Of a stretch of DNA of 64,000 nucleotides, positions 1-12,507 are shown one piece after another (positions within the stretch are counted from its first letter, which is position 1; each line of letters opens with the position of its first letter). Location: contig JABVCE010000011.1 of assembly GCA_014905635.1 (NCBI GenBank), forward strand, positions 310,001-374,000. Reading direction: 5' to 3'. This stretch comes from Scenedesmus sp. PABB004. Taxonomy: Eukaryota. The notes beneath the pieces are model-generated. The model was not told the origin of the DNA and searched no databases. It was given only the letters and a program-made list of their open reading frames with translations. The position numbers were made by a program, and so were the translations under genes.

Positions 1-411
1 CGCCGCGCGCGCACCGCGCTGCGCGCACGCATTCGCCGCGGGCGGCCGCCCGCGATTTCATCGCCCCCATGGTCGCGCCCCCGCTGGACGGTGATCGCAG
101 CGATTCCTTGATGGCTTGCGCGCGCTCGCTTCCCTGCCTCCCTCCCTGCTCGCTGCTGCTCTGTCGCGCCGCGGGCCAGCTGGAAACACAGACTCTCGGT
201 CGGCACGTTGCATCCAGGCGCCCCGCCCGCCGTCCCACCCATCGCACCCAACCGGCCGCTCAGCGCCCACAGACAGAGCAGCAGCGCGTGCGCCCGCCGT
301 GCCGCGCCACACCAGCCGCGCCACGCAGCCCTCCACACCCGTCCCGGCGTGCGCCGCCGGCTCCCGTGGGGGGCGCCTGCTGGGCGGCATGCGCCAATGC
401 TCGGGCACCCA

Positions 412-2224
412 CTACGCGATGGTGCTGTGCACAATGAGCTCCGCGGGGCGCGGCAGGCCGCACGCGTCGGCGCACGACAGCGCTGCACGCAGCGCGCCCT
501 CGGCCTCAGCGCCCACCCCGCGCAGCATGACGCACCTGACGTGCGCCAGCGCGCCCAGCAGCGCCGTCCCCTCGGCCGGCGACGTGCTGGCGGAGCCGCC
601 CGGCCAGTCCACCTCGAGCGCGCGCAGCTCGGGCATGCTCCGCCCCAGCGCGGCCATGATCAGCGGGGGCACTGACGTCGGCTGCGGCAAAGCAAACTCG
701 CCATTGTCATCAACTCTGAGATCATCGATGCAGACACGCAGGCGCGTGAGCTGGGTGACCTCGTACAGCGCCGCGGCCTGCTCGCAACACTTGATGGTGA
801 GCTGCAGCTCGCGCAGCGCGGGCAGGCGGGCCAGACCGCGCAGCGCCGCGACGCACTCCAGTGCGTCGCCGCTCCAACGCATGCCGCCGACGCCCAGCGC
901 CGTCAGCGCAGTGCAGCACTGCGTCAGCGCCTGCAGGTGGTGCGCCGCCATGTAGCCCCGAGACTGCATCCTCCGCAGCCCTGGGAACGCCGCCCACGGC
1001 ACGTTGTCGCCGCCGACCAGCTCCACCACAGACGGGCACGCGGCCGGCACTGGGCCCGCCTCCGGTGCGTCGTCGTCCCATATCCACGAGCCCTGCAGCC
1101 TGGTCAGGGCGGTCAGGCGCGCCAGGTGCGGCAGCGCGGCGCGCGACAGGCCGGCGACGTGCAGCTCCGCCAGCCGCGGCAGCGCCACCGCCGCCTCCAG
1201 CAGGGCCGGGTCGGAGCCTTGCTCAACGCACAGGAGGTCCAGCCGCGTCAGCGCGACGAGCCGCGCCAGCGCGCCGCACTCGGCCACACTCAGCCCCCGT
1301 TGATCGGTCCTGCCAGACAGGGCCAGACTCCGCAGCCCCGTGCAGGCGGCGACGGCGGCCAGGCCGACACGGTCGTCGGCCAAGGGCAGCCACAGGTGCG
1401 TCAGCGACGGCGCCAGGCCGCCCAGCCAGTCGTAGCACTGCTGGCTGTGGGGCTGACGGGACCCGGCCACCGACAGGCTCGCCAGGGCACCCAGCGCGGA
1501 AAGCAACGAGAAGTGCTCCAGCGTGACGCATTGGCCATAGAACTTCGCAGCCAGCCGCGTGAGCTTCGTCGCGCCGCGGCCGATCGCCCGCCACGCCGCG
1601 TCGCTGCCCTCCCAGCTGCTGCCCCCCAGCTCCAGCTCCAGCGCCCGCAGTCCCGGCAGCTCGCCGCCCACCGCCCACAGCAGTGGCGCCAGGCTCTCAG
1701 GCGAGCTGAGTTGGCCGTCTGCTGCCTCCAGGCACAGCGTGTCCAGCCGCGGCAGCCTGCGGGGCGGGCGGCGGCGGGCGGGGTCAGCCGCGGTGCTCTA
1801 AGCACTCCGCACAGCGGGCGCACACCGTCTGCTTCTGCCCAGCTGCCGCGCCACACACACGGGAATGCCGCGCCGCGCGCGCCGCGCCCGCGCCCACCTC
1901 GCGAGCGCCCGCTGCAGCGCGGGCAGGTGCAGCGCCGCGTTGTCGGAGCTGGCGATTGTGAGGCTCACGCGGCTGCAGGCGCCGAAGCGCTCGTGCAGCG
2001 TGTACAGCCAGCGCCGGTGGTCGTCGGCGGGGCGCCCGGGCAGGGGGCCGGACGTCGCGCAGCTTGAGCGCCGCCACGCTGCCGTGCACCAGGCGCCGCG
2101 CCTCCCTGCAGGCCAGCGCGAAGGCCCTGGCGCTGCCCCGGTCCGCCAGCATCTTTGGCGCGAGCACCTGCGACCAGGCGTCGTCGTTCAGCGCCGCCAG
2201 CGCCGAGATCAGCGGGCACGCCAT
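412..2224 (-). CDS. Chlorophyte LRR (RNI-like) protein with F-box-like N-terminus; 2 exons; apparent 1-nt frameshift at about 2043-2047
   Basis: ATG 2224 (MACPLISALAALNDDAWSQVLAPKM...ARAFALACREARRLV); GT-AG intron 1897..1757; exon 2 has repeated LxxLxxLxL motifs (LTRLDLL, LRSLALS, LRELQLT, LRALEVD); TAG at 414-412. Exon 1 needs a frame change in the G5 run to reach the donor in phase. Confidence 0.75.
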
Positions 2225-2524
2225 CTGCGCGGCGCCGCGGCGGCGCGCTGGGGCCGCGGGAGGGCGAGCGGCGGTGCGCGAGCGGGCTGAAGCGGGACCG
2301 TGGCGCGGGGGCGCGGGCGGGCTGTGCGCGGGGTGGCGCGAGGCGCGCGGCCGTGGGCGGCGGCAGCAGCGGCGGCAGCGATCTTGAAGCGCCGGACCCC
2401 GCGCGGCGCTGGTGATGGTGCCGGCGCAGCCACTGGCGCTGTGGGGTTGTGGAAAGGTGCAGGAGGTGTGGCTAGTCGGTTGCCGCCGCCGCCCGCGGCA
2501 CGCGCGCCGTGCACGGCGCGCCCC

Positions 2525-5500
2525 TCACTGCCGCTTCTTGGCCGCGCTGCCGCCGCCGCCGGCCGCCAGCGCGCCGCGCTGCCGCCGCGCGCGCTCCAGC
2601 GCCGGCCCGTGCGCCAGGTAGCCCTTGGGCGGCGGGCGGGGCGCGGGGAACGCGGCGCGCAGGCCGTGCTCCCACGCGAACGTCGACACTACGACGGCCG
2701 CCACGCCCGCCGCCAGCGCGGCGCGCAGGTGCAGCGGGATGGGCACGAGCCCGAAGCTGCGCGCGCAACGCGGCCGGCAGGCAGGCGCACGCGAGCACGC
2801 GTGAGCGCGCGGGGCAGCTCGGGGTGCCGAGCCGCTGCGTCGGCGCGCCGAGCCGCCGCGCCGGCGCGCCGCCGCACCTCTCGTTGAGGGGCGGGAACCA
2901 CTCGAGGACGAGCACGCCGAGGAAGGCGGCGCTGCCGCGCAGCGACTTGGCCATGCCCGCGTTGTCCGCGAGGCTGGTGTTGAAGGGGTGGCCGACGTAG
3001 TTCACTGCGCGGCGGCGGCGGCGGCATGGGGCGCGGCGGCGGCGGCGTGCGGCGCGCTGCCCGCGAGCAATCGACCAAACACCCACCTGCGAACGTGGTG
3101 AGCTGCATGGCCTGCTGCACCAGGTAGCACACGCTGTTGACCAGGTTTGGCGCAAAGTCGCTCTCGCTGCCCTGCGCCTCGGCCGGCGGCATCGCGCCCA
3201 GCGCGAGCCTGGCGCGGCGGCGCGCGGCGCGGGGCGCGGGGCAGCGCGCGGGGGCGCGCGTGTGAGGGCGCGCCGCGGGGGCTCGGCGCGCGGCGGGGCC
3301 TGCTCGCTCCCCGCCCGCCCGCCCCCGCCCCGCGCGCGCGCCGCCCCGCCTCCCCCGCCGGCCCGAATCCCGCGCCCGAGCGCCGCGGCCGCCGGCGCCG
3401 CCGCACCGGTACATTCCGACGAGCAGCGCGAGCTGCGCCGCAAACTGGCCGAGCAGGCTGGCGAAGAAGTACGCGCAGAAGATGGAGGGGTGCGGGCGCT
3501 CCGCGCTCAGCGCGGGCAGCGGCTGCGCGGCGCTGATGAAGTAAAACAGCCCCGCCGTCAGCAGCCCCGACAGCGTCGCCTGCGGGCGGTGGCGGTGCCG
3601 GTGCCGGTGGTGCGGCGGGCGGTGGGCGGCGGCAGCTGCCATGGCGGCGCGCGTGGGTGGGTGCGGCCCCTTCCCACCTGGGTGGGAACACACACCCACC
3701 CACACCCGCCCACCGACCCACCCACACCCGCCCACCCACACCCACCCACCCACCTGCGCGTCGCTGAGCTTGACGCCCTGCAGGTACATCACGCTCAGTG
3801 CATACGCGGTCGAGAGGCAGGAGAGGCCGAGGATCTTGAACATCTGCACCGTCGTCACGAGCGTGCAGCGCCCCTGGCCGAGCACGTCCAGCACCGGCGC
3901 GACGCTGCCCGCCTTGGCCGTGAACGGCGCCGCCATGCTCGCGTCGCCGGGCTTGACCATCGGCGGGCCGTCGGCGCCGCCGGCCGCCTCGGCGTCGAGG
4001 CGGTCGAGCATGTCGGCCATGCGCTGCACCGCGGGCGGCACGGGCCTGCCCGCCGCGCGGTACTGCTCGACCAGCGCGGCGCCGGGCGGCGGCTTGTCGC
4101 CTGGCGCGGCGCGGGGCGCGGGCGCGCGGGCAGCGCAGCGGGGGCGACGGAGTGTGGGTGCAGGCGGGCGGGGCAGGCGGGGCGCGCGCGGCCAGGCCCA
4201 GTGTGGGGCGCGGGCGCGGGCGGCCCCAGCACACGCGCGCACCCTTCTTGCCCTTGCCGGCGCCGGCGCCGCCGGGCCGCGGCGCGGCGAGCTCGCCCGG
4301 CCGGCCGCCGCGCGGCGCGGGCGCGGGCGCGGGCGCGGCGGGCGACGCGCCCGCGTGCGACGCGCCGCCGGCGCGGCCGCGCTGCTTGTCCTGCTTGTCG
4401 CCGGCGCGGTGCTTGCGCTGCGCCTGCTCCGCGAGCGCGCTCGGCGCGAGCAGCGCGACGCCGACGTGCGCCGCCTTGAGGCCGCCCACGTCGTTGGTGC
4501 CGTCGCCAACCATCAGCGTCGTCCACCCGCACGCGCGCAGCGCCTGCGCCGCGCACGGGGCAGAGTGGGGCGGGGCGTGGGTCGCGCGCGCTTTTCGTTT
4601 GGCAGCGACCGAGCTCGACTGAGGCCCCGAGCGAGCCCCAGCCGCGGCGGCGGCGGCGGCGGCGGCGGCGCCCAGAGCCGCGCGCCTGCAGCACCAGCTC
4701 CTTCTGCTCCGGGCTGACGCGCGCAAAGACCTGCACCAGGGGAATGACGCGCCGCCCGAGGCCCGCGCCCTCGACGTGCGCGAGCGCGTCGCCTGCGGCG
4801 GCGGCGGCGGCGGTGGCGGTGGTGGCGTGGCGGCGCGTCAGGCGTTCCGCGGCAGCCGCCAGCGCGCGCGCGGCGTGGCGCAGCGCCGCGCGGCCGCGGG
4901 CGCGGCGCAGCCGCGCACCCGTGAGGCAGAGGTCGTTCTCTGACGCCAGCAGCAGCAGCTCGTCCCAGTCGCGGCTGAAGGGCAGCCGCGTCGACTCGTC
5001 GGGGCTGAGCCACTCAAACTCGGCGTCCGCCGCGGCCGAGCCGGGCGTGTGGTGCGCGCCGGGGCCGTCGCCGGCGGCCTCCAGCCTGCGTGGACGTGGC
5101 GGCGGCAGGCCGGGCGTCGGCGCCGGGCGCCGCAGGCCCTGAACCAGTCGCAGGCCGCGCGCGCCAGCCCTCTGCGAGCCCCTCCCTGCGAGCCCCTCCC
5201 TGCGAGCCCCCGCCCGTGCGCGCGCCGCACTTGTGCTGCAGCACCAGCACCGGGCGCGTGACGATGCCGACCTGCCGCGCCGCGTGCGCCGCGGTGAGCG
5301 GCGCGTCGCCGGTGATCATGACCAGCATGTGGCTGCTCGCCGCGAGCGCGGCGAGGCTCGGCGCCGACTCGGGCTTCAGCGGGCACTGCGGCGGGCGGCG
5401 GGGCGGCGGCGGCGCGAGCGGCGTGGCGGTGAGCCGGGTGCGGCGGCGTGCGGCGCCTCGCGCGCAGACGGGCGCACGCGGCGCACGCGCGCGTTTGAAT

Positions 5501-8500
5501 CTGGGCCTGAGCCCTGTCTGGGCCTGAAACTCCCCCAGGCGCGCACCTGGAAGACGGCAAAGCCCTCGAACGTCATCCCCGCCTCCGCCTCCTCGCGCGG
5601 CAGCGCGCGCAGGTCGGGGCCCGAGAGCTCGCGCGACAGGCGGCGCGACGCGAGCGCGATCACGCGCGCGCCCTGCGCCGCAAAGTGCTTGTACGTCGCG
5701 TCGTAGTGCGGCGGGACCTGCGGCGGCCGGCGCGGCGGCGGCGCACGCGGCGGCGGCGGGCGCGGCGGCGGCGCACGCGGCGGCGGCGCGGCGGCACACG
5801 ACATGGTCGCCAGGGGCGCGCCGGCGGCCGCAGCAGCAGCCGCCGCGGCGCGCCGGGCCGCGGCCAGCGCGCGCCGGCGCGCGCGCACCGTCGCGAGGTG
5901 CTGGCGCACGACCTCTGGCGCGCCCTTGAGCACCGCGACCGGCGCCGGCCCCGTCGGCTCGCCGGCGTCGACCAAGATGACGGCGCCCATGCGGCGCAGC
6001 GCGCTGCTAAAGTGGTAGCGCTGCACCACCGCCGCGCGGACGCGCTTGTCGGGCGAGATCGCGACGTCGCCGCCGTACGTCCAGCGGCACGCCTGGCGCG
6101 GCGCGGCGGCGGCGCGGCGGCGGCGGCGGCGCGGCGGCGCGTCGGGCGCGCACGCGGGGGAGTGACGCGCCGGCAGCCGCCGCAGGACCCCCTCCCACCC
6201 CTCGCCGCGCCTCCGCGCCGCCGCCGCACCTGCAGCGCCGCCTTTTCCAGCGGGTCGCCGATCAGCTCGCCCTCGACCTGCACCAGGCTCTGGCACGCCG
6301 CGAGCACGTGGCACGCCGCCGCCGGCAGCGCCGCGGGGTCGAGCACCAGCTCCAGCGGCGGCCTGGGCGCGGCGCGGCGCGGCGGCGGCGCGTCGGGCAC
6401 GCGCCCCCGACGCCGCAAGCCCGCCCGCCCGCCCGCCCGCCCGCCCGCCAGGCGCCCGCCTGCACGCGCGCGCGCGCGCGCGCGCGCGCGCGCGTGCGCG
6501 GCGCCCGCCGCGCACCGCTCGGGCAGGCCCGCGAGGCCCTCCAGCAGCAGGTGGTCGGTCGTGAGCGTGCCGGTCTTGTCGAAGCAGCACACCTCGACCT
6601 GCGCAGGTCAGCAACGCCGCGGCGCGCGTGCGTCGGCGGCCGCGCAGGCGTGCGGGGCGCCCTCCGCTCCCCCTCGCCGGGCAGCGCCGCGGGCGAGCAG
6701 AGCTCGCTGCCGCCGACTCGACCTCTCGCGCGCACCTTGCCGGCAAAGGGGATGCGGAACGGCTCGGTGCAAAAGATGGCCTTGCGCGCGAGCGCGACGA
6801 GCGAGGAGTTGACCGCGATGGTCAGCTCCATCGGCAGCTCTGCGCCGATGGAGACAGACGCGCGGCGCGGCGCGGTCGGCGGCGGAGCGGCACGCGTGGC
6901 GGCCGGCGCGCGGCCCGCGGCGCGCGCGCGCGGGCGCAGCTGACGGTCGGCGGTTTGAATCTGTGCGCCCGGGCCGCCGCACCTGGCGGGATGACGGAGG
7001 TGATTATCATTATGCAGTTGAGCAGCAGCTTGAACCGGTCCCGCGACGCGTCCTGCAAGCCGCGCAGCAGCGGCGCGCGCGCGTCAGGCCGCCGCCGCCA
7101 CGGCCGCGCGCTGGGCCGGCTGCAGCGCGCCAGGCCGCACCGCGCCGCGCGGCGCGCACCGCGAGGCCGTGGTGCAGCACGTAGCCCGACGCGGCGACCG
7201 CAAAGACGAGCAGGAAGGCGATGAAGGCGCCCGTCTCCCACGAGTTGGCGGTGATGCGCTCGGTGGAGTAGAGGATCGTGCGCATGAGCTGACCCTGGCT
7301 CGTCTCAAAGCCTGGCGGACACGGCGGGGCGGTGGTGTGGGGCGGGCGTTGGTGCGAGGGTGTCGCCGTTGGAGGGGCGGCGGGTGGGCACAGAGGGAGG
7401 AGGGGTGCGTCGGGCGGTTGCGGCAAGGGCCGCGGGGGGCGCGGTGGGGCGCAGCGGCGCGGCGGGCGCGGCGGCGCACCCGTGCGCACGACGACCGCGA
7501 GGCAGCCGCCGTCGGGCGTGCGCAGGCGCGCGGCCTTGTCACCGGTGTGCTGCAGCACGCGCGTGCCGCCGAAGAGCACGTGCTGGCGGTGGCTCTTGAT
7601 GTGCAGCGTCTCGTCGGGGCTCACGCCGCCGCCGCCGACGGGCAGCTTCCACTGCGGCGTCGACTCGCCGGTGAGCACCGCCTCCTCCACGATGCAGTCC
7701 CCGGCGAGCAGCAGGCAGTCTGGCGGCGACGGCGGCGGCGTTGCGGCGGCGCGGCGCGGTCGGGTCGGGCCGGGGGAGGCGCTGCACAGCCGCTGCGGAT
7801 GACCCGTGGACGCGAGAGCGTGCTGCGCGCGCTGTGAACGCGCCGCGCGCGCCGCGCCGCACCCGCAGGGATGACCTTCTCCTCCGCGCCGGGGCCGCCC
7901 TTGGGCCGCACGATGCTCACGACGTCGCCCGGCAGCAGCGCCTCGCCCGGCACCTCCTGCGCGGCCGCAGGCGCGCGTTGGCGGCCGCGGCCCCGCCCGC
8001 GCGGCGCGCCACCGTCGCCGCCGCGCACGCCGCCGCCGCCGCGCACCTCCCACTTGCCCGCGCGGTACGCGAGCAGGCGCTGCTTCGGCGTCTGCAGCGC
8101 GCGCAGCTCGCGCAGGTTGCGCGTGCGCTGCATGACGACGGTGCACTCAAACATGATGAGCATGCCGAGCGTGAACAGGGAGTAGTACCTGTGGTTTTGA
8201 ATGATTGATTGATTGATTGTTCGAGTGAGTGAGTGAGCGAGTGAGTGAGTGAGCGAGCGAGTGAATGAGCGAGCGAGTGAGCGAGTGAGTGAATGAGCGA
8301 GTGAGTGAGTGAGCGAGCGAGCGAGTGAGTGAGCGAGCGAGTGCATGTGCGCGGCGTGCGTGCGGCGGGCACCATGTCGCTCAATCCTTAAGCGCGCCGG
8401 CTGGGCGGTGCCGGCGCGCTACACCGGAAGAGCGGGTCGCTGTCGCAGCGGCTTGGAATCCGGCGCCCCCAACGGGCGGCTGTGGGCCCGGATGAAAGGC

Positions 8501-9818
8501 CCTGCATTGATATGCTTGCGCGCGTGCGCGCGTGCGCGCGCGTCGCTGCGGCGCCGGGGGCCCCCGCCCTGCGGCCCCTCTGCGTGCAGGCAACGATAGC
8601 ACAGGCGGCGCGGCGGCGGCGCACCAGTACTCGTCGAGGCACCACAGGCCCACGCAGAGGACCTGGAAGACAAAGAACGGCGCGAGCATCTGCTCCTTGA
8701 GCAGCTCCCCAAACGGCGGCACCGGCACCTGCGGCCGCGCAGCGGCGGTCGCAGTGGCGCGGCACGCCCGCGTTCTGCGTCGGCCACCCGGCCATCGCGG
8801 CGGCGGCCAGCGCCCAGCGCGCGCGGCGCACCTCGAATTTGTTGAGCCCCCACTGCGCGGCCGCGGCGGCGACCTTGTCGGGCGCGCCGTAGCCGCTCGC
8901 GCGGAGGTAGTAGGCGAAGGGCTCGTGCACCGGGAAGCGCAGGCGCTCAAAGGCGTTGCCGGGGGCGTGGTAGTTGAAGCGGAGCTTGCGGAACTCAAAA
9001 GCGACCTCAGGGCGCTCCTCGCCGCTGTGCGGGTCGCGCTGCGCGGAGGGAGGCGCGCGCGGCGCGGAGGGAGGGTCTATGAGGCGCGGTGGCGGGCGGG
9101 GGGGAGGTCCTGCAAGCGCGCGCCGCCGTCCTGCGAGCAACCGCCGCCGGCCAGCTCACCGCGGTGCGGAACTCGAGCGGCACGATCGCGGCCTGCCCGC
9201 CAAACTTGTGCGGGATGACCTGCGGCGGCGGCGGCAGCGGCGGCTGTGACGACAGCGACCTGCCGGCGCCGCGGGGCCTTGCGGGCGCGCCGCCTGGGCG
9301 CGGCGGCGGTGCGGCGCGGCGCGCACGTGGATGTACTCGGCGTCTGCGAGCTTGGCCACGCGGCGGAAGTTGACGGCCGCGTTGAAGGCGATGCTCCAGT
9401 GCGTGAAGAGGAAGCTCAGCACGTGCGCCGCGCTCACGGCGATGCAGGCGTAGAGCACCAGCTGCGGCCGGCTGCGGCGACAGCAGCGGCGGCGGCGGCG
9501 GCGCGCTCGCGGCGCGCCCGCGGCGACCCCTCGGCGCGGCCCCTCGCCGCGGCAGCATGCAGGCACAGGGTGGTCGCAGGGCGCCCCGGGCGCAGCGCGG
9601 CGGCGCGCTCACTCGCTCGTCAGCGACTGCTGCAGCAGCGCGGCGCCGAGCGCGGCGTAGGCGGCGAGGAAGGGCCCCAGGTTGAGCCTCGCCGCGCCCA
9701 GGCGGCGCGCCAGCAGCACCACGGCCTCGATCTCCTTGGCCTTGACGCCGGGCGGGCCCGGGTTGTCCGGCACGTCCGCCTCTGCGACCCACGCGGCGCC
9801 GGCGGCTGCCGTCGCCAT
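2525..9818 (-). CDS. SPF1: P5A-type ATPase (Spf1/ATP13A1/PDR2 family), about 24 exons
   Basis: Spliced motifs [111 protein letters not shown] 9818, TGA 2527-2525. Confidence 0.96.
8202..8343. repeat. Compound tetranucleotide microsatellite, (GATT)n then (GAGT/GAGC)n, in a P5A-ATPase intron
   Basis: Directly visible tandem GATT, then GAGT/GAGC/GAAT units. Confidence 0.9.
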
Positions 9819-10397
9819 CGCTGCTGCCGCCGCCCCGGCCCGCAGCGCCTGCTGCGATCTGTGCCCCGCCCGGGCGTGATCACGCGCGCGCTGTGACTAC
9901 GGCCCCGCCACGGCTGCGCGGCGGGAGGCCCGGGCTGTGATGCCCGCTCGGGTGCGAGCTGCTTCGCTGCGGCCGACGGTTGCGTGCGGGTTGCAGGCCC
10001 CCGAGGCGCGTGGGGGCGGTGACAGCAGCGCGATCAGGGCCTGCTTGTGGGGCAAACAGGGCAGGCCACGGGGCGCACGCGGCGCTGCGCAGCGCGCAAA
10101 AACTGAGCACGCCGTGACGCCCGGCGCCGCCGCGCCCGCCGGCGCGGCCTGTTCGACGCCGCACTGCCGCCACTCCATTCGTACTCCGCCCGGCCACCCG
10201 TCAGGCGATAGCGGAGGGAGCACGGCACGGCCTGCAGCACGCGCCGTCGCCGACAGCAGCGGCGGCGCGCCCGCGATGCGCTGAGCCGCCCGCACCGCGC
10301 GGGGCGCCCGGCCCCTGCTGCCCTGCTCCTATCAGTGCCTGGCCGCCGGCGGGGCCGCGTGCGCGCCGGCCGCCGCCTCGCGCGGCGGCGGGCGGCG

Positions 10398-12442
10398 ATG
10401 GCGGCGCTCGCGTCGCACCCGCTGCGCATCACCGACCGCGACGTGCTGCGCGAGGCCTCGCTGGACGAGTGGTTCAGCAGCTTCAAGGGCCTCGACCTCC
10501 ACGTCCGCGTGCGTGCCGCGCCGCGTCCTGTGCCCGCCGCGACGTGCGCGCGCGCCGCCGCTTCCTGCAAACGCCCGCCCGCCGCCGCGCGCGCCGCAGG
10601 TGCTCGGCGCGCGCGACCTCGCGCCCAAGAGCAAGGCGTCGCTGCCGGACTGCTACGTCAAGGTCCTGTGTGGCCCCGCGGCGCACCGCACGTCGACGCA
10701 GCGCCGCAGCCTCGACCCGGACTGGCAGGAGGAATTCTTCGTGGAGCACGCCGAGGTCGCGGCGGCGAAGCGCGTGCTGTGCGTCGAGGTGTGGGCCTGG
10801 GACTGGGCGCGCCCTGACGAGTGCCTCGGGCGCGGCTTCGTCGACATCAACTCCCTCGCCTTCGAGCCGCTGGAGGTGCGGCGGCGCCGGCCGCGGCGGC
10901 CGCGCCGGCGGCGGCGGCGCCAGGCAGCGGCTGTGCAGCGCGGCGGCAGCAGGGCCCCCGACGCCGCGCGCCGCGCTGGCCGCGCTGGCCGTGCCCTGCC
11001 GGCCGCGCCAGGTGCTGGAGCTGGAGCTGCAGCTGCACCCGCCCAGCGTGAAGAAGCTCAAAGACGTCAAGGGCCCCAAGCAGCCCGGCGGCAAGAAGCA
11101 GAAGGTGAAGCAGGCCGACCAGGCGGCCAAGACCCAGGCCGCGCCGGCGGCGGCGGCGGTCGGCAGCGCGCTGCACCGCGTGCTCTCGGGGCAGCTGCTG
11201 TCGGCGCCGTCGCTGCGACACTACCTGTCCGGCGCGGGCCCCAGCGCCGCCCAGCCGCGCGACCAGGGGCAGCGCGGCGGCGGCGGCGCGCCCGCGCCGG
11301 CGGCGGCGCCGCCCGCGCAGGCAAAGCAGCGGCCGGGCGCCGCGGCGCAGCAGGCGCCGCCGCCGCCGCCGGAGCTGGGCACCGTGCGCGTCGCGCTGTG
11401 GTGGGCGCCGACGTGGCGCTCGCACGCGTTTGACGTCGCGGAGCGTGTGAGTTTCTGCCTGCTCCCGGGCGAGGTCAAGGTGCGGCAACCGCCGCCGCCG
11501 CCACCGCTGCCGCGGAGCCCTGGCCCCCGCGCCCGCCGCCAGCGGCGTCGACGCCGCGCGCCGCGCGCAGGTGCCGCCCGTGGTGACGCACGCCAAGCTG
11601 GGCACGCTGTACGAGGAGCCCTGCGTCGTCTACATCAAGGCGTGCCGCGCCCCGCTCGCTGCGACGCCGCGCCCGCCCGCATTCAGCGCCGCCGCGCCGC
11701 CGGCGCGCCGCGCGCGACCCCGCGCCCGCGCCGCCCGCGCGCCGCGCAGCTGTCGCTGCTGGAGGTGCAGTTGGGGAGCCGCTGGTACGTCTCCTACCTC
11801 CAGCAGGCGCGCCGCCGCAGCGGCAGCGGGCGCGCGAGCCCCGGCGCCGACTGGGGCGGCGCCGCGTCGCGCGCGGGCAGCGTCGGCGGGCTGGACACGG
11901 CGGACAGCCTCGAGGCGGCGGTCGCAGCGGTGGTCAGCGCGTACCGCCACGACGGGCTCTCGGGCGGCGGCGGCGGCGCGCCGGGCGAGGTGCCGCTGCT
12001 GCTCGAGCTGCTGGGCGGCGCCGACGGCAGCCCGCCCGGCGGCGTGAGCCTCGCAGAGGCGGCGCGGCTGCAGCAGCAGCAGGCGGCGCTGCTGCAGCGC
12101 CACCTCGCCGCAGAGCCAGTGTACGCCCTCGCGCGCCTGCGGTGCGCGCCCGCCCCGCTCGCCCGCGCCCGGGCGGCCGCTGCCGCCCCGCTGCGTGCGC
12201 TGCGCTGCCGCCGCTCCGCCAACGCACCGGCCGCCGCTGCGTGCAGCTACGGCAAGCACCAGGCAATGGAGAGCAACCCCGTTAGGCTGCGCCCCGGCGG
12301 CGCCGCGGTGTTTCGGGAGCAGTTTGTCTTCATTGCCAAGCGCCCGCTGCAGGTGCGGCTGCGGCTGGGGCGCTGTGCGTGCGCGGGGCAAGCTCGGCGG
12401 CTGGCGCCGCGGAACGGCACGGCGCTGCACGCTCAGCCCGCT

Positions 12443-12507
<65 letters not shown>

